DNA of 64,000 nucleotides from Thermoanaerobaculia bacterium. Lineage in GTDB: Bacteria > Acidobacteriota > Thermoanaerobaculia > Multivoradales > UBA5704. The DNA lies in contig DATARD010000380.1 in the NCBI GenBank assembly GCA_036264355.1, positions 2,084 to 66,083 of the forward strand, read 5' to 3'. This document shows, piece after piece, positions 1 to 7,844 of the stretch; position 1 is the first letter of the stretch, and each line of letters begins with the position of its first letter. The notes under the pieces are model-generated. The model searched no databases. It worked only from the letters and a program-made list of their open reading frames with translations, and was not told the origin of the DNA. A program made the position numbers and the translations under genes.

Positions 1-1821
1 ATCGAGGCGTTCCATCCCGAGGAGTACTGGCTGCTCGGCGCCGACCTGAAAGCCGCCCTGCCGCCGCCGTTCTCCGCCCGCCTGCACCGCATCGACGGGC
101 GCAAGGCGGAGGTGGACAACGGCGCGGACGCCGGCCGCATCGTGACCGCCCTCCAGTCCGGCCGCTTCGTGGTCGGCAAAGTGGAGCGCAAGGAGTCGAA
201 GCAGCGGCCGTCGCCGCCGTTCATCACCAGCCGCCTGCAGCAGGAGGCGGCGCGCCGTTTCGGCTTCGCGGTGAAGCGCACCATGGCGCTCGCGCAGGGT
301 CTGTATGAAGGGCGCGAGATCGGCGACCGCGGCTCGGTGGGCCTGATCACCTACATGCGTACCGATTCGACGCGGGTGGCCGACGAGGCGCTCGACGCGG
401 TGCGCGAGGTGATCGGCACGACCTACGGCGCCGCGTCGCTGCCCGACAAGCCGAACCGCTACCAGTCGAAGAAGGGCGCCCAGGACGCCCACGAGGCGAT
501 CCGCCCCACCACCTTCGACCTGCCGCCGGAGGCGGTGCAGGATTTCCTCAAGCCGGACGAGCTGAAGCTCTACAAGCTGATCTGGGACCGCTTCATCGCC
601 TCGCAGATGCTGCCGGCGGTGTTCGACGTCACCCAGGTGGATATCGGAGCCGGTGAAAACGGCGCCTACGTGCTGCGTGCCACCGGGCGGATCATGAAGA
701 GCCCGGGCTTCCTCGCCGTCTACCGCGAGACGCCGGACGAGGACGCCGCCGCCGCTGATTCCAAGGACGGGGGGGACTCCGAAGGCGTCCTGCCGCCGCT
801 CCAGGAAGGGCAGGCGCTGGAGCTGGTCAAGATCACCAGCGAGCAGAAGTTCACCCAGCCGCCGGCGCAGTTCAGCGAGGCGACGCTGGTCAAGGCGCTG
901 GAAGAGAACGGCATCGGCCGCCCGTCGACCTACGCCACCATCCTCTCGACGCTCACCGACCGCAGCTACGTCGACAAGGTCGAGACCCGCTTCCGGCCGA
1001 CGCCGCTCGGCAAGATCGTCAACCAGATGCTCCAGTCGGGCTTCCACGACATCATCAACGAGGGCTACACGGCGGCGCTCGAAGAGCAGCTCGACCGCAT
1101 CGAGGACGGCGAGATCGACTGGCGCGGCGCGCTCCGCGAGTTCGACGACAAGTTCACCCGGGATCTCGAAACCGCCGGCGAGCAGATGCCCAACGTCAAG
1201 AAGGACGGCATCCCGCTCGACGAGAAGTGCCCGCTCGACGGCGGCCCGCTGACCATGCGCTTCGGCCGCTACGGCGCCTTCATCGCATGCAGCAACTATC
1301 CGGAGTGCAAGTACACCCGCGACGTCGTCGAGGCCTCGGCCAATGACGAGGAGGCATCTGGCGCCGGCGCCGCCGGAGACGCCGCCGCGGCATCCGGGAC
1401 GCCGGCCGCCGAGGAGGAGATCCCGCCCTGCGAGAAGTGCGGCAAGCCGATGGCGCTGCGGCGCAGCCGCTTCGGGGTCTTCTACGGCTGCACCGGCTAC
1501 CCGGAGTGCAAGAACCTGCGCAAGACCGGTCCCGCCAAGGTGGCGGCGGAGCCCAAGCCGACCGGCGTCACCTGCGCCGAGTGCGGCAAGGGCGAGATGA
1601 TGGAGAAGAGCTCCCGCCGCGGCAAGACGTTCTGGTCGTGCAGCCGCTTCCCGGACTGCAAGTTCGCGCTGTGGAAGAAGCCGATCTCCAAGCCCTGCCC
1701 CGAATGCGGCGCCGCCTTCCTGCTGGAGAAGACGACCAAGAAGCATGGGACGCAGTATGTGTGCAATACCGAAGGGTGCGGGTATATCGAGGACGCCGAG
1801 CCGGAGGCGGCGACGGCGTAA
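1..1821 (+). CDS. topA: DNA topoisomerase I, C-terminal ~600 aa (5' end outside window)
   Basis: Frame 1 is open from base 1 (IEAFHPEEYW...) and continuous with listed ORF 112..1821. It carries the type IA catalytic-Tyr block GLITYMRTDSTR and four C-terminal CxxC...CxxC zinc-ribbon modules. Confidence 0.95.
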   Translation: MEAFHPEEYWLLGADLKAALPPPFSARLHRIDGRKAEVDNGADAGRIVTALQSGRFVVGKVERKESKQRPSPPFITSRLQQEAARRFGFAVKRTMALAQGLYEGREIGDRGSVGLITYMRTDSTRVADEALDAVREVIGTTYGAASLPDKPNRYQSKKGAQDAHEAIRPTTFDLPPEAVQDFLKPDELKLYKLIWDRFIASQMLPAVFDVTQVDIGAGENGAYVLRATGRIMKSPGFLAVYRETPDEDAAAADSKDGGDSEGVLPPLQEGQALELVKITSEQKFTQPPAQFSEATLVKALEENGIGRPSTYATILSTLTDRSYVDKVETRFRPTPLGKIVNQMLQSGFHDIINEGYTAALEEQLDRIEDGEIDWRGALREFDDKFTRDLETAGEQMPNVKKDGIPLDEKCPLDGGPLTMRFGRYGAFIACSNYPECKYTRDVVEASANDEEASGAGAAGDAAAASGTPAAEEEIPPCEKCGKPMALRRSRFGVFYGCTGYPECKNLRKTGPAKVAAEPKPTGVTCAECGKGEMMEKSSRRGKTFWSCSRFPDCKFALWKKPISKPCPECGAAFLLEKTTKKHGTQYVCNTEGCGYIEDAEPEAATA

Positions 1822-1829
1822 GGTTGGAA

Positions 1830-1903
1830 AAGGACAAAGGACCAAAAGGACTGCAAGGACCCAAAGGACAACACGGGCTGTCGTTTAGGTCCTTTATGTC
1901 CTT
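1830..1903. repeat. Five direct AAGGAC copies (1830, 1837, 1846, 1855, 1864; mostly 9-bp spacing), then two inverted GTCCTT copies (1889, 1898)
   Basis: Counted directly in the topA-DUF547 intergenic region. The direct and inverted copies can pair into a long imperfect hairpin. Confidence 0.6.
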
Positions 1904-1930
1904 TACCCCCTTGCCTGCTAGCATGCCCGG

Positions 1931-2707
1931 ATGCTAGCGAAAACCCTCCCCCTCTGCCTCTTCGCCCTTCTGGCGGTGGGCGCCGCCCATGCCGAGCCCC
2001 CCGACTACAAGCTGTGGCAGGACCTGCTCTCCAAGTACTACGACCCCGCCAAGGGGATGAGCTACAAGAGCCTCAAGGAGCACGACAAGCCGGCCCTCGA
2101 CCATCTCCGCCAGCAGCTCGCCACGGTCGACGTGGCTGCCCTGGCGAAGACCGACCAGCTCGCCTACTGGATCAACCTCTATAACATCTCGACCCTCGCG
2201 GTGGTCATCGACGGCTATCCCACCAAGTCGATCCGCGACCTGTCGACCGATCCGATCATCCGCCTGAACGTCTTCAAGAAGCCGTCGGTGAAGACGAAAG
2301 CCGGCGCCCTGTCGCTCAACGACGTGGAGAACGACAAGATCCGCGAAGGCTTCAAGGACCCGCGCATCCACTTCGCGATCAACTGCGCGGCGAAGAGCTG
2401 CCCGCCGATCCGCACCGAGCCCTACGTCGGCGCCCGCCTCGGCGAGCAGCTCGACGACCAGGCGCGCCGCTTCCTCAACGGTCCGCATGGCGCTCGCCTT
2501 GCAAGGGATGGCGACGGCGTCACCCTGCATGTCACCAAGATCCTCGACTGGTTCAAGGACGACTTCGAGAAGTGGGGCGGTGGCCGGTTAGCGTTTGTGC
2601 GAAAATATCTTCCCGCGGACAAGCAGAAACAGCTCGACGCGGCCAAGGGGAAGGTCGATCTCGCGTTCGACGACTACGACTGGGCGCTGAACGACGCATC
2701 CCGGTAG
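1931..2707 (+). CDS. DUF547 domain-containing protein with N-terminal signal peptide
   Basis: Hydrophobic leader MLAKTLPLCLFALLAVGAAHA. DUF547-type blocks YWINLYN and HFAINCAAKSCPPIR. Confidence 0.85.
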   Translation: MLAKTLPLCLFALLAVGAAHAEPPDYKLWQDLLSKYYDPAKGMSYKSLKEHDKPALDHLRQQLATVDVAALAKTDQLAYWINLYNISTLAVVIDGYPTKSIRDLSTDPIIRLNVFKKPSVKTKAGALSLNDVENDKIREGFKDPRIHFAINCAAKSCPPIRTEPYVGARLGEQLDDQARRFLNGPHGARLARDGDGVTLHVTKILDWFKDDFEKWGGGRLAFVRKYLPADKQKQLDAAKGKVDLAFDDYDWALNDASR

Positions 2708-2734
2708 CGATCGGGGGGAGGGACGGCGAGAACC

Positions 2735-4108
2735 ATGATCGGACAGCCTGCGTCACTGAAGACTCTTCTGGAGTATCTGCGCAACCCGGCGACTGACGAG
2801 AAGAAGGCGATCCTCTACCAGCGCTGGGAGGCGCTGGACCCGGCGCTCAAGCTGCCGGGCCAGGGATTTGGCCAGAAAGCCACCGGCTGCGGCGCCACCA
2901 TCGGCATCCAGCCGCGCTGTGACTTCGCCTGCACCGGCTGCTATCTCGGCGTCGAGGCGAACCACGTCCCCGCCCTCCCCACCGCCGCCATCCTGCGCCA
3001 GCTCGACTCCCTGCGCGCCTGGCTCGGCCCGAAGAGCAATGTCCAGATCTCCGACGGCGAGGTCACCTTGCGGCCGGTCGAGGAGCTCACCGAGATCCTG
3101 CGCTACGCCCGCTCGATCGGCATCGTCCCCATGGTGATGACGCACGGCGACTCCTTCCGCCGCCGGCCCGGCCTGCTGGAACGGCTGATGGAAGAGGGCC
3201 GCCTCTCCGAGGTCTCGATCCACGTCGACATCACCCAGCGTGGCCGCGAAGGGTACGGCATGCCGAAGTCCGAAGGCGAGCTGATGGACCTGCGCGGCGA
3301 GCTGGCCGACATCGTCCGCACCGCCCGCCGGACCACCGGCCGCCCGCTGCGCGCCGCGACCACCCTCACCATCTCGCGCCAGAACCTGGACCAGGTGGCG
3401 GACGTGGTGCGCTGGGTGATCCGCAACCGCGACGCCTTCAGCCTGATCAGCTTCCAGCCGCTGGCCCAGGTCGGCCGCACCCGCCGCGGCCTGGAAGGCG
3501 TCACCGCCGGCGAGCTGTGGGAAGAGATCAGCCATGCCACCGCCGATTTCGGCCTCGAATTACCCGATCGCGGCGCCGAGCCGATGCATTTCGGCCATCC
3601 GGCCTGCACCCGTTTCGTGCCGGTGCTCGCCCTGGAGAAGCGGGGGGAATCTCCCCGTCTCTTTGAGCTCATCCGCAACCAGCCGGAAGACGTCGCGGTG
3701 ATGCAGGAGTTCTTCACCCGCGGCCTGGGCGGCGTCGCCTTCCGCGACGACCTCCCTATCGAAGCCCTGGCGCGGGCCGCCGGCCTCTTCCGCGCCGCCC
3801 CGGGCTGGTTCCTCGGCCCGGTCCGCCGCTGGGCCGACAGCCGGCTCTCGGAAGAAGCCGGAACCTCCCTCGGCCGCCTCTTCGCCGACGCCCTGCGCGG
3901 CCGGGTGCGCGTCGACGGTCTCACCCTCACCAGCCACCACTTCATGAGTCCCGCCGAGCTGCGCACCGAAGAAGGCCGCCAGCGCCTCGACGCCTGCGTC
4001 TTCCGCCTCTCCTATAAAGAAGACATGGTGCCGATGTGCAAGATGAACGCGGACGGCGTCCGCGACCAGCTCTACGCCGACATCATCGACGGGACGCCGG
4101 TCCACTGA
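2735..4108 (+). CDS. Radical SAM protein of unknown specificity
   Basis: CDFACTGCY (CX3CX2C) cluster near the N-terminus. 457-aa ORF with GC3-rich codon usage. Confidence 0.85.
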   Translation: MIGQPASLKTLLEYLRNPATDEKKAILYQRWEALDPALKLPGQGFGQKATGCGATIGIQPRCDFACTGCYLGVEANHVPALPTAAILRQLDSLRAWLGPKSNVQISDGEVTLRPVEELTEILRYARSIGIVPMVMTHGDSFRRRPGLLERLMEEGRLSEVSIHVDITQRGREGYGMPKSEGELMDLRGELADIVRTARRTTGRPLRAATTLTISRQNLDQVADVVRWVIRNRDAFSLISFQPLAQVGRTRRGLEGVTAGELWEEISHATADFGLELPDRGAEPMHFGHPACTRFVPVLALEKRGESPRLFELIRNQPEDVAVMQEFFTRGLGGVAFRDDLPIEALARAAGLFRAAPGWFLGPVRRWADSRLSEEAGTSLGRLFADALRGRVRVDGLTLTSHHFMSPAELRTEEGRQRLDACVFRLSYKEDMVPMCKMNADGVRDQLYADIIDGTPVH

Positions 4109-4150
4109 ACGTTGATTCTCTCACTTGAATGGGGTATGCTAGAGGGCTTA

Positions 4151-4624
4151 ATGAACCTCAAATTCATCGCTGCCTTATCCCTTCTTGCCTTTCTCGCCTA
4201 TCTGGCACTCAAGGCCAAGCTGCTCACCGCCAAGGCCCACAAAGAGATCGCCGCCAATGATCCGGAGTCTGGGTGGAGGCATGCGCTTCTGGCTGCCGAA
4301 TCTCGACTGGTCAAGTGGAAACTCGAGGCCGGCCCCAGATCGATCGCCGGCTGGAAAGGCGAGGCCAAGAGAATTCGGAGCCTTTTCGAGACCATCACGA
4401 CCCTGCATCCTGCTGTTGCCGGCGCTCAGGGAGATCCGGCAGCCGTCACAGCCGCCTGGGGCGCGGCGATCAGCGCCGGCAACTTCAACCGCAAGCTCAG
4501 GCGCGCGGCGACGACCCAGGCAGAAGAGTATCTAGCCGCGAACCGCGCCAGGTTTGCGAATGACTTTCCTCTCGGCACTCCAGCCGAATACAGACAGCCT
4601 ACGCTCCCTACCCCTTTCAGCTAA
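4151..4624 (+). CDS. Hypothetical membrane-anchored protein on a low-GC insert
   Basis: ORF 4112..4624. Preferred start is ATG 4151 (MNLKFIAALSLLAFLAYLAL, a single N-terminal hydrophobic helix) behind AGAGGG. The 5' part is clearly AT-richer than its surroundings. I recognise no family. Confidence 0.5.
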   Translation: MNLKFIAALSLLAFLAYLALKAKLLTAKAHKEIAANDPESGWRHALLAAESRLVKWKLEAGPRSIAGWKGEAKRIRSLFETITTLHPAVAGAQGDPAAVTAAWGAAISAGNFNRKLRRAATTQAEEYLAANRARFANDFPLGTPAEYRQPTLPTPFS

Positions 4625-4704
4625 AGCGCCGGACCGCGCCTGCTATCTGGGAGCGATCCACCAGATCCGGCCGTCGACTTCTGCAGCCAGCTTGTTGGTC
4701 TTTG

Positions 4705-4782
4705 CCGATGTGCAAGGTGAACACGGACGGCGTCCGCGACCAGCTCTACGCCGACATCATCGACGGCACGCCGGTCCACTGA
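4705..4782 (+). pseudogene. Duplicated 3'-terminal fragment of the radical SAM gene (PMCKVNTDGVRDQLYADIIDGTPVH*)
   Basis: 78 nt match 4031..4108 with 3 mismatches by my count, including the stop codon. Homology begins abruptly at CCGATGTGCAAG. Confidence 0.85.
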
Positions 4783-4834
4783 CCGCGATTTGACCCAGCT
4801 TTTTGCGTCAGCTCACGAATGACGAGCCCGTGAG

Positions 4835-4870
4835 CGCCGCAAAACTGCGCGGGTTTCGCGGCGTTATTTT
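4835..4870 (+). terminator. Intrinsic terminator-like hairpin
   Basis: Arms CGCCGCAAAAC / GTTTCGCGGCG (one mismatch), 7-nt loop, followed by TTATTTT. It overlaps the 3' end of the convergent VOC gene. Confidence 0.55.
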
Positions 4871-5271
4871 CGCGTGTCGCTGGTGATGGAGATGTTGAAC
4901 CCGTCGGGATCGACCACCGCGAAGTCGCGCCGTCCCCAGGGCTGGTCGGTCGGCTCCTGGGTGAGCTTGCCGCCCCGCTCCCGGATGGCGGCGGCGAGGG
5001 TGTCGATGTCCTGGTCGGTCTGGAAGTAGAAGCGCAGGGCGACGCCCTTCACGCGGTCGCGGCCCTTCGCGAAGTCGTCCTGGCCGAGCAGGAGCTGGAC
5101 GGCGCCCGCCTGCATGCGCACCCCCATGACTTTGTCGTTCATCTTGTACTCCTCGGCGAGGCTGAGCCCGAGGACGTCCCGATACCAGGCGAGGCTCGCC
5201 TGGAGATCGTTGACGGTGAGGAAAGGGGTGATGTTCTGCAGGTCGAGCCGGGCCGTGTTGTTGTCGGTCAT
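4864..5271 (-). CDS. VOC (glyoxalase/bleomycin-resistance/dioxygenase) family protein
   Basis: Lies within ORF 4864..5310. Start is ATG 5271 behind GGAGAA. The sequence ITPFLTVNDLQASLAWYRDVLGL ... DPDGFNISI is typical of the VOC fold. Confidence 0.85.
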   Translation of the reverse strand: MTDNNTARLDLQNITPFLTVNDLQASLAWYRDVLGLSLAEEYKMNDKVMGVRMQAGAVQLLLGQDDFAKGRDRVKGVALRFYFQTDQDIDTLAAAIRERGGKLTQEPTDQPWGRRDFAVVDPDGFNISITSDTRK

Positions 5272-5313
5272 TGTGTTCTCCTTTCCGGGGAGGATATCCT
5301 GTAATCGCAAGCT

Positions 5314-5949
5314 CTATCGTGCCAACTGCTGTCGAAAATGCCCCCGCCAGGATTCGGGCAGAGCCTCGACCGCCGCCGCCCGCGCCAGGAGATCCCGGTC
5401 TTCCGAGCCCAGATAGAGGTGGACGACGTCGACCACGCTGACCCGCCGGGGGTCCTCGGCGATCCGCACCATGGGATCGCCGGCCGCGACGTCGCCTTCC
5501 TGGAGGACGCGCAGATAGAAGCCCGGCCGATCGCTTTCGAGAAGGCGGCCGATCACGTCATCGCGGCCGAAGCGGATGCCCAGCTTGAAGCACGGCATCC
5601 GCGGCTGCACCACCACCATCTCGGCCGTGCCGGCGCGGAAGCGGTCGCCGATGTGGACCGCATCCTCCAGCCACCCCTCGGTCGTCAGGTTCTCGCCGAA
5701 GCCACCCCAGGAGAGATGGTGGTCCGGATACTCGCCGCGCCAGAACGGATAGTGCTCGGACGGATAGACATAGACCGCCTTGTCCGGCCCGCCATGGACC
5801 GACAGATCGGCCTGCCGGTCGCCATCCAGATTGAGGCGGCGGACCGGAACGGTCCCTTCGACCGGCTCCTTGAAGATGCCGGTCATCACCGTCCGGCCTT
5901 TCCACTCGACAGCCCGAGGCAGCCCGACGTTGACGGAGATCACGCGCAT
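5314..5949 (-). CDS. MOSC domain-containing protein (YiiM-like)
   Basis: MRVISVNVGLPRAVEWKGRTVMTGIFKEPV ... PCFKLGIRF. Start chosen at ATG 5949 inside ORF 5314..5976. Confidence 0.85.
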   Translation of the reverse strand: MRVISVNVGLPRAVEWKGRTVMTGIFKEPVEGTVPVRRLNLDGDRQADLSVHGGPDKAVYVYPSEHYPFWRGEYPDHHLSWGGFGENLTTEGWLEDAVHIGDRFRAGTAEMVVVQPRMPCFKLGIRFGRDDVIGRLLESDRPGFYLRVLQEGDVAAGDPMVRIAEDPRRVSVVDVVHLYLGSEDRDLLARAAAVEALPESWRGHFRQQLAR

Positions 5950-5972
5950 GGGGGGCATCGTACGATGAAACT

Positions 5973-6476
5973 TCACACGACTTCAGCGAATGACCCGAAC
6001 GTCATCTTGAAGCGCCGCTGCTCCAGGCGCTTCTTCATATCGTCCGCCTCTTCCAGGGTCAGGATTTTTCGGCGGATCGCCAGCACGATCAGACCCGGAG
6101 TGGTCACAACGCTTCCCGGCCCGAGAAGCCGCTCCGCCTCTCTGCGGAAGGCACGCTTCTCGTCGGAGGCGACCCAGGCTCCATGCTGAACCGCAAGCGC
6201 AAGGCAGGCGGCTTCGCCCTGTTCCATGACTCGAAGCAATTCCGCAAAGAGGGCCAGGGTAGCAATGTCATCGAACGCGATTTCAGGGAGCAGCCCACAG
6301 GCGACCGCGCGGTCGACCCGGGTGCGCTCCCGCGGGCTCAGGACCTCGTCGAAGACGATACGCGGCGAGGAGAAGCGAAGATCCGGAAAGACTCCCAAAA
6401 GATCCAGCCGATCCACGATCGCCAGGTTCAGCAGTATGTTTGTATCTGTCAGGACCAGCCGCGGTGGTTTCACCAA
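5973..6476 (-). CDS. PIN-like nuclease-domain protein (COG2405/DUF3368-like), putative toxin partner
   Basis: The blocks LVLTDTNILLNLAIVDRLDLLG ... GEAACLALAVQHGAWVASDEKRA resemble PIN-like proteins. Start is TTG 6476, or GTG 6473, which would give a GTGA overlap with the upstream stop. Confidence 0.6.
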   Translation of the reverse strand: MVKPPRLVLTDTNILLNLAIVDRLDLLGVFPDLRFSSPRIVFDEVLSPRERTRVDRAVACGLLPEIAFDDIATLALFAELLRVMEQGEAACLALAVQHGAWVASDEKRAFRREAERLLGPGSVVTTPGLIVLAIRRKILTLEEADDMKKRLEQRRFKMTFGSFAEVV

Positions 6477-7744
6477 GGCTCTTCGAGATCTGCCGGCAGA
6501 AGCGGCTCGTGCTCTTCTTCGGCCAGGCCGGCATCGTCGATCAGCTCTTCGAGATCGGACCGCGAGAGGCCGACCATCGTTCCGAGCTCGCGCAGCTTGC
6601 CCCGGGTGATCTTTTCCTGGCGGTACGCTTCCAGAGCCAGCCCGAGGAAGCGCAGCCGGAATTCGTCCCGGGCTTCGGCGTGATCCTGCACGGAAAGCTT
6701 GAGGAGCCGTTCGATCCGCTTCCCCCGTTCGGCCCGCTCTTCTTCGAGCAGCGAGTCGAGCTGGACCCGGGAGAGGATGTGCAGGTTATGGAGCCGGTAG
6801 AGGGCGGCGGTCCGGCTCACCTGGAAGTGGTGGGCCAGAAGGACGACTTCGTAGAGCCGTACGGTCTGCGACCCGGGCGCCGAGCGCAGCTCCGCGGTCA
6901 CGGTGCCGTCTTCATCATAGATGTCGGCGTGTTCCCGGCTCGCCGAGCCCTTGCCGAGCTCCCCCAGGAAAGACCGGATCGCTTCCTTCGGCATCAAAAA
7001 GCACGCCGCGAAGGCATTGGCACGGACCTCGGGAAGGTCGTCGCGGCGGGACGAGACGCTGATGGTACCGCGCTGGGTACGGTCGAGCAGGACGTGGGCG
7101 TACTCGTGGACCCAGGAGAACCGGCGGCGCAGATGATGGTGCCGCCGGTTGACGACGATCGAGAGGCCGAGCCCTCGCTCCATGAGAGTGAGACCGGAGA
7201 CCTCGTCCGGCAGATCCTGCATGGCGGTCCGGACGCCTTGGGATTCCAGGAATTCGGCGGCGTCCCAGAGCGGCCGGCCGGCGAGGCCGACGCGGCGCCG
7301 CTCTTCGGCGGCGGCGTGGTCTCCCTGCTCGATGGCCTGCCAGCGGGTCCGGGGAGGCGGAACGGAGTACGCCGGCGCGCCGATCTGGGAGCGATCCAGG
7401 CCGAGCAGAGCCTCCAGGTTCGCCAGCTCACGCGACAGGAGAACGCAGTCCCGGATCGCCTCCAGAGCCACCTCCCGGCCGGCGATCTCCGGAGTGGCGC
7501 GGAAAAGGGCGAGAACGGTGTCCTCGGGATTGAACGCGGCGGCCAGAAAGTCGCCGATGTCCCGACCGTAGAGCCTGGCCAGAGACCCCAGCTCGATGCC
7601 GTTCACCGCGCGGTTTCCGCTCTCGAGCTGGGCGACCGACGGACGCGAAAGGCCGAGGTGGCGCGCCACGTCTTCCTGGCGAAGGCCGGCGGCCTCGCGG
7701 GCTTCCCGCAGGCGATGGGCGAGATCTTGATGGGTGACAGTCAT
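6470..7744 (-). CDS. XRE-family HTH fused to an ImmA/IrrE (COG2856) zinc metallopeptidase domain
   Basis: N-terminal HTH LRQEDVARHLGLSRPSVAQLESGNR and an HEYAHVLLD (HExxH) motif. Confidence 0.85.
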   Translation of the reverse strand: MTVTHQDLAHRLREAREAAGLRQEDVARHLGLSRPSVAQLESGNRAVNGIELGSLARLYGRDIGDFLAAAFNPEDTVLALFRATPEIAGREVALEAIRDCVLLSRELANLEALLGLDRSQIGAPAYSVPPPRTRWQAIEQGDHAAAEERRRVGLAGRPLWDAAEFLESQGVRTAMQDLPDEVSGLTLMERGLGLSIVVNRRHHHLRRRFSWVHEYAHVLLDRTQRGTISVSSRRDDLPEVRANAFAACFLMPKEAIRSFLGELGKGSASREHADIYDEDGTVTAELRSAPGSQTVRLYEVVLLAHHFQVSRTAALYRLHNLHILSRVQLDSLLEEERAERGKRIERLLKLSVQDHAEARDEFRLRFLGLALEAYRQEKITRGKLRELGTMVGLSRSDLEELIDDAGLAEEEHEPLLPADLEEPW

Positions 7745-7844
7745 GGCGGGCGCTCCATCGCCATGTTAGGAAAACGAACGCGGAATGTCAATCTTGAGCG
7801 TCACGACCCGCGGCCGGACAAACCGGCCGCGGGCGTTCCTGACC

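Noticed and set aside
4031-4782. The 78-bp duplicated segment as a diversity-generating retroelement template/variable repeat pair.
   Set aside because: The three mismatches are not adenine-specific (A/G, G/A, G/C). No reverse transcriptase is nearby, and the second copy is a truncated gene end rather than part of a target protein.
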